A DNA stretch of 64,000 nucleotides from assembly GCA_037130265.1 (NCBI GenBank), contig JBAXTI010000001.1, positions 325,765 to 389,764 of the forward strand, read 5' to 3'. Shown one piece after another: positions 62,343 through 64,000 of this stretch (positions are counted from its first letter, which is position 1; each line of letters begins with the position of its first letter). Source of the DNA: a bacterium (lineage in GTDB: Bacteria > Patescibacteriota > Minisyncoccia > Phycocordibacterales > JBBTRF01). The notes under the pieces were generated by a model, which saw only the letters and a list, made by a program, of their open reading frames with translations, had not been told where the DNA came from and searched no databases. A program made the position numbers and the translations under genes.

Positions 62343-62388
62343 AAAGAAAAAAAACCACCTACACCCGGAATTGGACCGGGTAGGTGGG
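62343..62388 (-). terminator. Rho-independent terminator for the minus-strand gene 62415..63155
   Basis: Hairpin CCACCTAC(A)CCCGG-AATTGGA-CCGGGTAGGTGG next to an A8 run, which is a U8 tail on the minus strand. Confidence 0.5.
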
Positions 62389-62414
62389 GAAGTTGACCGA
62401 AGTAACGACATTGA

Positions 62415-63155
62415 CTACGTCGCAGGGAGAATCCGCGTAATCGGCGCCACTTGGAAACTATGCTCATCCGAAGCGTCGAAGCGAAGTTGCAGACCCTGAC
62501 CATTTTCAAGCACGAACTCATCGGCGGCAAAGCAGACATCCTCTCGAGTCGGTATCGCCCTGTTGGAACAAATCTTAAATCCGGCCAACACCATTTCACT
62601 CGCCCAATAACTCGCCAAACCACTGATGATGCAGTTGTTCCGGGCACAGACCAGAATCCGCTGATGTTGCTTCACTGAGTAGAATCCACGAATCTCTCGA
62701 CGAGCGTGCAGTGAGTGCCGCCAGAGGGCCTGGAAGGCATTCTCTCCTTTGAATGCGTTGAGTGGTTGGTCAGGAAACTTCCTTAGCAACTCCTGGATCT
62801 CCGCACCAGCCGGCGTTGAACTCTCAGGCAGTGCGAGCTTCCTCAGGAAACCAAACCCTTTTGCACCGACCTTCTCCTGAAGGGTTGTCACTGTAAGCCG
62901 GGAATCGGCTTCACCGGCTGCGGCCAGAACGTAGTCGAACGGAGGCGTACCAGTTCGAATCAGCTGCTCAGCAAAGATGCCTGCCTGCAACTCACCAAGA
63001 TGGCTAAGCGTACGGTTGCCATCTTCGGAATCAGCTGCTCTCATGAACACGATCGTTGTCCTCAGCATTCTGCTATCTCCAGGGGGCATGGTCATCTGCT
63101 TTTCTTTCTCTTGTACGCGAACATAGGATCGCGCGGGTTTTTGGTTGACCGACAT
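62415..63155 (-). CDS. Hypothetical protein (weak resemblance to the histidine-phosphatase fold)
   Basis: 246-aa minus-strand ORF with its own terminator. The N-terminus TTIVFMRAADSEDG...LSHLGELQAGIFAEQL loosely resembles PGAM/SixA N-termini, but the catalytic RHG is not conserved. Confidence 0.3.
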   Translation of the reverse strand: MSVNQKPARSYVRVQEKEKQMTMPPGDSRMLRTTIVFMRAADSEDGNRTLSHLGELQAGIFAEQLIRTGTPPFDYVLAAAGEADSRLTVTTLQEKVGAKGFGFLRKLALPESSTPAGAEIQELLRKFPDQPLNAFKGENAFQALWRHSLHARREIRGFYSVKQHQRILVCARNNCIISGLASYWASEMVLAGFKICSNRAIPTREDVCFAADEFVLENGQGLQLRFDASDEHSFQVAPITRILPAT

Positions 63156-63270
63156 TGCCGGCTACGAGCCGACATGAGGCTATTCAATTGGAAACGATCC
63201 AAATACAGCTGTGCGCATTATATCACCAAAGTGCGTCTCGGTCAATACTCTGAAACGGCCGATTTTGCCC

Positions 63271-63276
63271 TATAAT
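63271..63276 (+). promoter_or_regulatory. -10 box TATAAT for gltX
   Basis: Sits 11 nt upstream of the gltX ATG at 63288 in the divergent intergenic region. Confidence 0.3.
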
Positions 63277-63287
63277 AGAGGGACTTT

Positions 63288-64000
63288 ATGAATGTTCCAA
63301 CACCGAAAACGGCCGCTAATGCCGGCGCCGCTGCACCGAAGATCATCACCCGTTTCGCCCCATCGCCGACCGGTCTTTTCCATGTGGGTAGCTATCGCAC
63401 CGCGCTTTTTAGCTATTTGTATGCCCGTCAACACGGTGGCAAATTTATCCTGCGTATCGAGGACACCGACAAGCTTCGTTCGAAGCCGGAATACGAGGCG
63501 AACATCATCGAGAGTCTCGCATGGATGGGTTTGGAGTACGATGAAAAATATCGCCAATCAGAACAAGCGCCGACACACCGAAAATATCTGGAGCAGATGA
63601 TTGCAGAAGGGAAGGCATATGTGTCCCGCGAGCCGGCCAAGGACAAGGAGGGGAACCCTGTACTCGACCCGGCGAGCGGGTTGCAAAAAATAAACGATCT
63701 TATCCGTTTTAAAAATCCGGGTACGAGGGTGGCGTTCACCGATCTCATTCGTGGTACTATCGAGATGGAGACGGCGGATCTCAAAGATTTCGTCATTGCA
63801 AAAAATCTCGACACGCCGCTTTTTCATTTGGCCGTTGTCGTCGACGACTTCACTGAGGGTGTCACACATATCATTCGTGGAGAAGACCATATTTCCAATA
63901 CACCGCGTCAGATCCTCATTCAGCGTGCCATCGGCGCGCCCGAGCCAATCTACGCACACCTTCCACTGGTACTCGGTGAAGATCGTTCCAAACTTTCGAA
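63288..64000 (+). CDS. gltX: Glutamate--tRNA ligase, 3' end outside the window
   Basis: Not in the ORF track because it runs off the window edge. Translation gives IITRFAPSPTGLFHVGSYRTALFSYLYARQHGGKFILRIEDTD (HIGH region) and FHLAVVVDDFTEGVTHIIRGEDHISNTPRQIL. Confidence 0.85.
   Translation, partial: MNVPTPKTAANAGAAAPKIITRFAPSPTGLFHVGSYRTALFSYLYARQHGGKFILRIEDTDKLRSKPEYEANIIESLAWMGLEYDEKYRQSEQAPTHRKYLEQMIAEGKAYVSREPAKDKEGNPVLDPASGLQKINDLIRFKNPGTRVAFTDLIRGTIEMETADLKDFVIAKNLDTPLFHLAVVVDDFTEGVTHIIRGEDHISNTPRQILIQRAIGAPEPIYAHLPLVLGEDRSKLS

Noticed and set aside
1-64000. CRISPR arrays, integrases/transposases or prophage blocks
   Set aside because: No array of regularly spaced direct repeats and no recombinase genes were found. 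The tail-fibre-like giant protein is embedded in housekeeping genes with no other phage genes nearby.

Overview
This window is a densely packed, almost entirely plus-strand chromosomal segment; only two genes are on the minus strand. Its content points to a small-genome, CPR/Patescibacteria-like bacterium; that lineage call is inference from gene content only. Housekeeping blocks: an infA-rpmJ-rpsM-rpsK-rpsD-rpoA-rplQ-rplM-rpsI ribosomal/RNAP cluster; a (GIY-YIG)-grpE-dnaK-dnaJ chaperone operon; six aminoacyl-tRNA synthetases (leuS, alaS, trpS, archaeal-type aspS, a truncated gltX at the 3' edge, plus mnmA/trhO tRNA-modification genes); zwf, ychF and gmk; scpA/scpB; and a cell-wall block (D-Ala-D-Ala carboxypeptidase, ftsW, murG, mltG). 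Accessory content: a MacAB-like efflux module, an ECF-sigma envelope module, two histidine kinases, an MsbA-like ABC exporter, and two large repeat-rich surface proteins. No rRNA, tRNA, CRISPR array or transposase was found. The most unusual observations: (1) a complete Nudix hydrolase domain inserted in-frame inside leuS; (2) a 1662-aa surface protein with fibre-like repeats, a beta-propeller, a non-terminal S74 intramolecular-chaperone domain and an Ig-like domain; (3) a ~70-nt palindromic element present twice, upstream of dnaJ and upstream of scpA; (4) a perfect 30-bp inverted repeat after rpsI; (5) -10 boxes sitting 5-10 nt from start codons with no Shine-Dalgarno, suggesting leaderless mRNAs; (6) an ATP-cone/restriction-endonuclease-fold fusion and a sigma-70-region-4/HARE-HTH fusion. 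CDS coordinates follow the ORF track, with some starts refined; non-coding coordinates were counted by hand and may be off by 1-2 nt.
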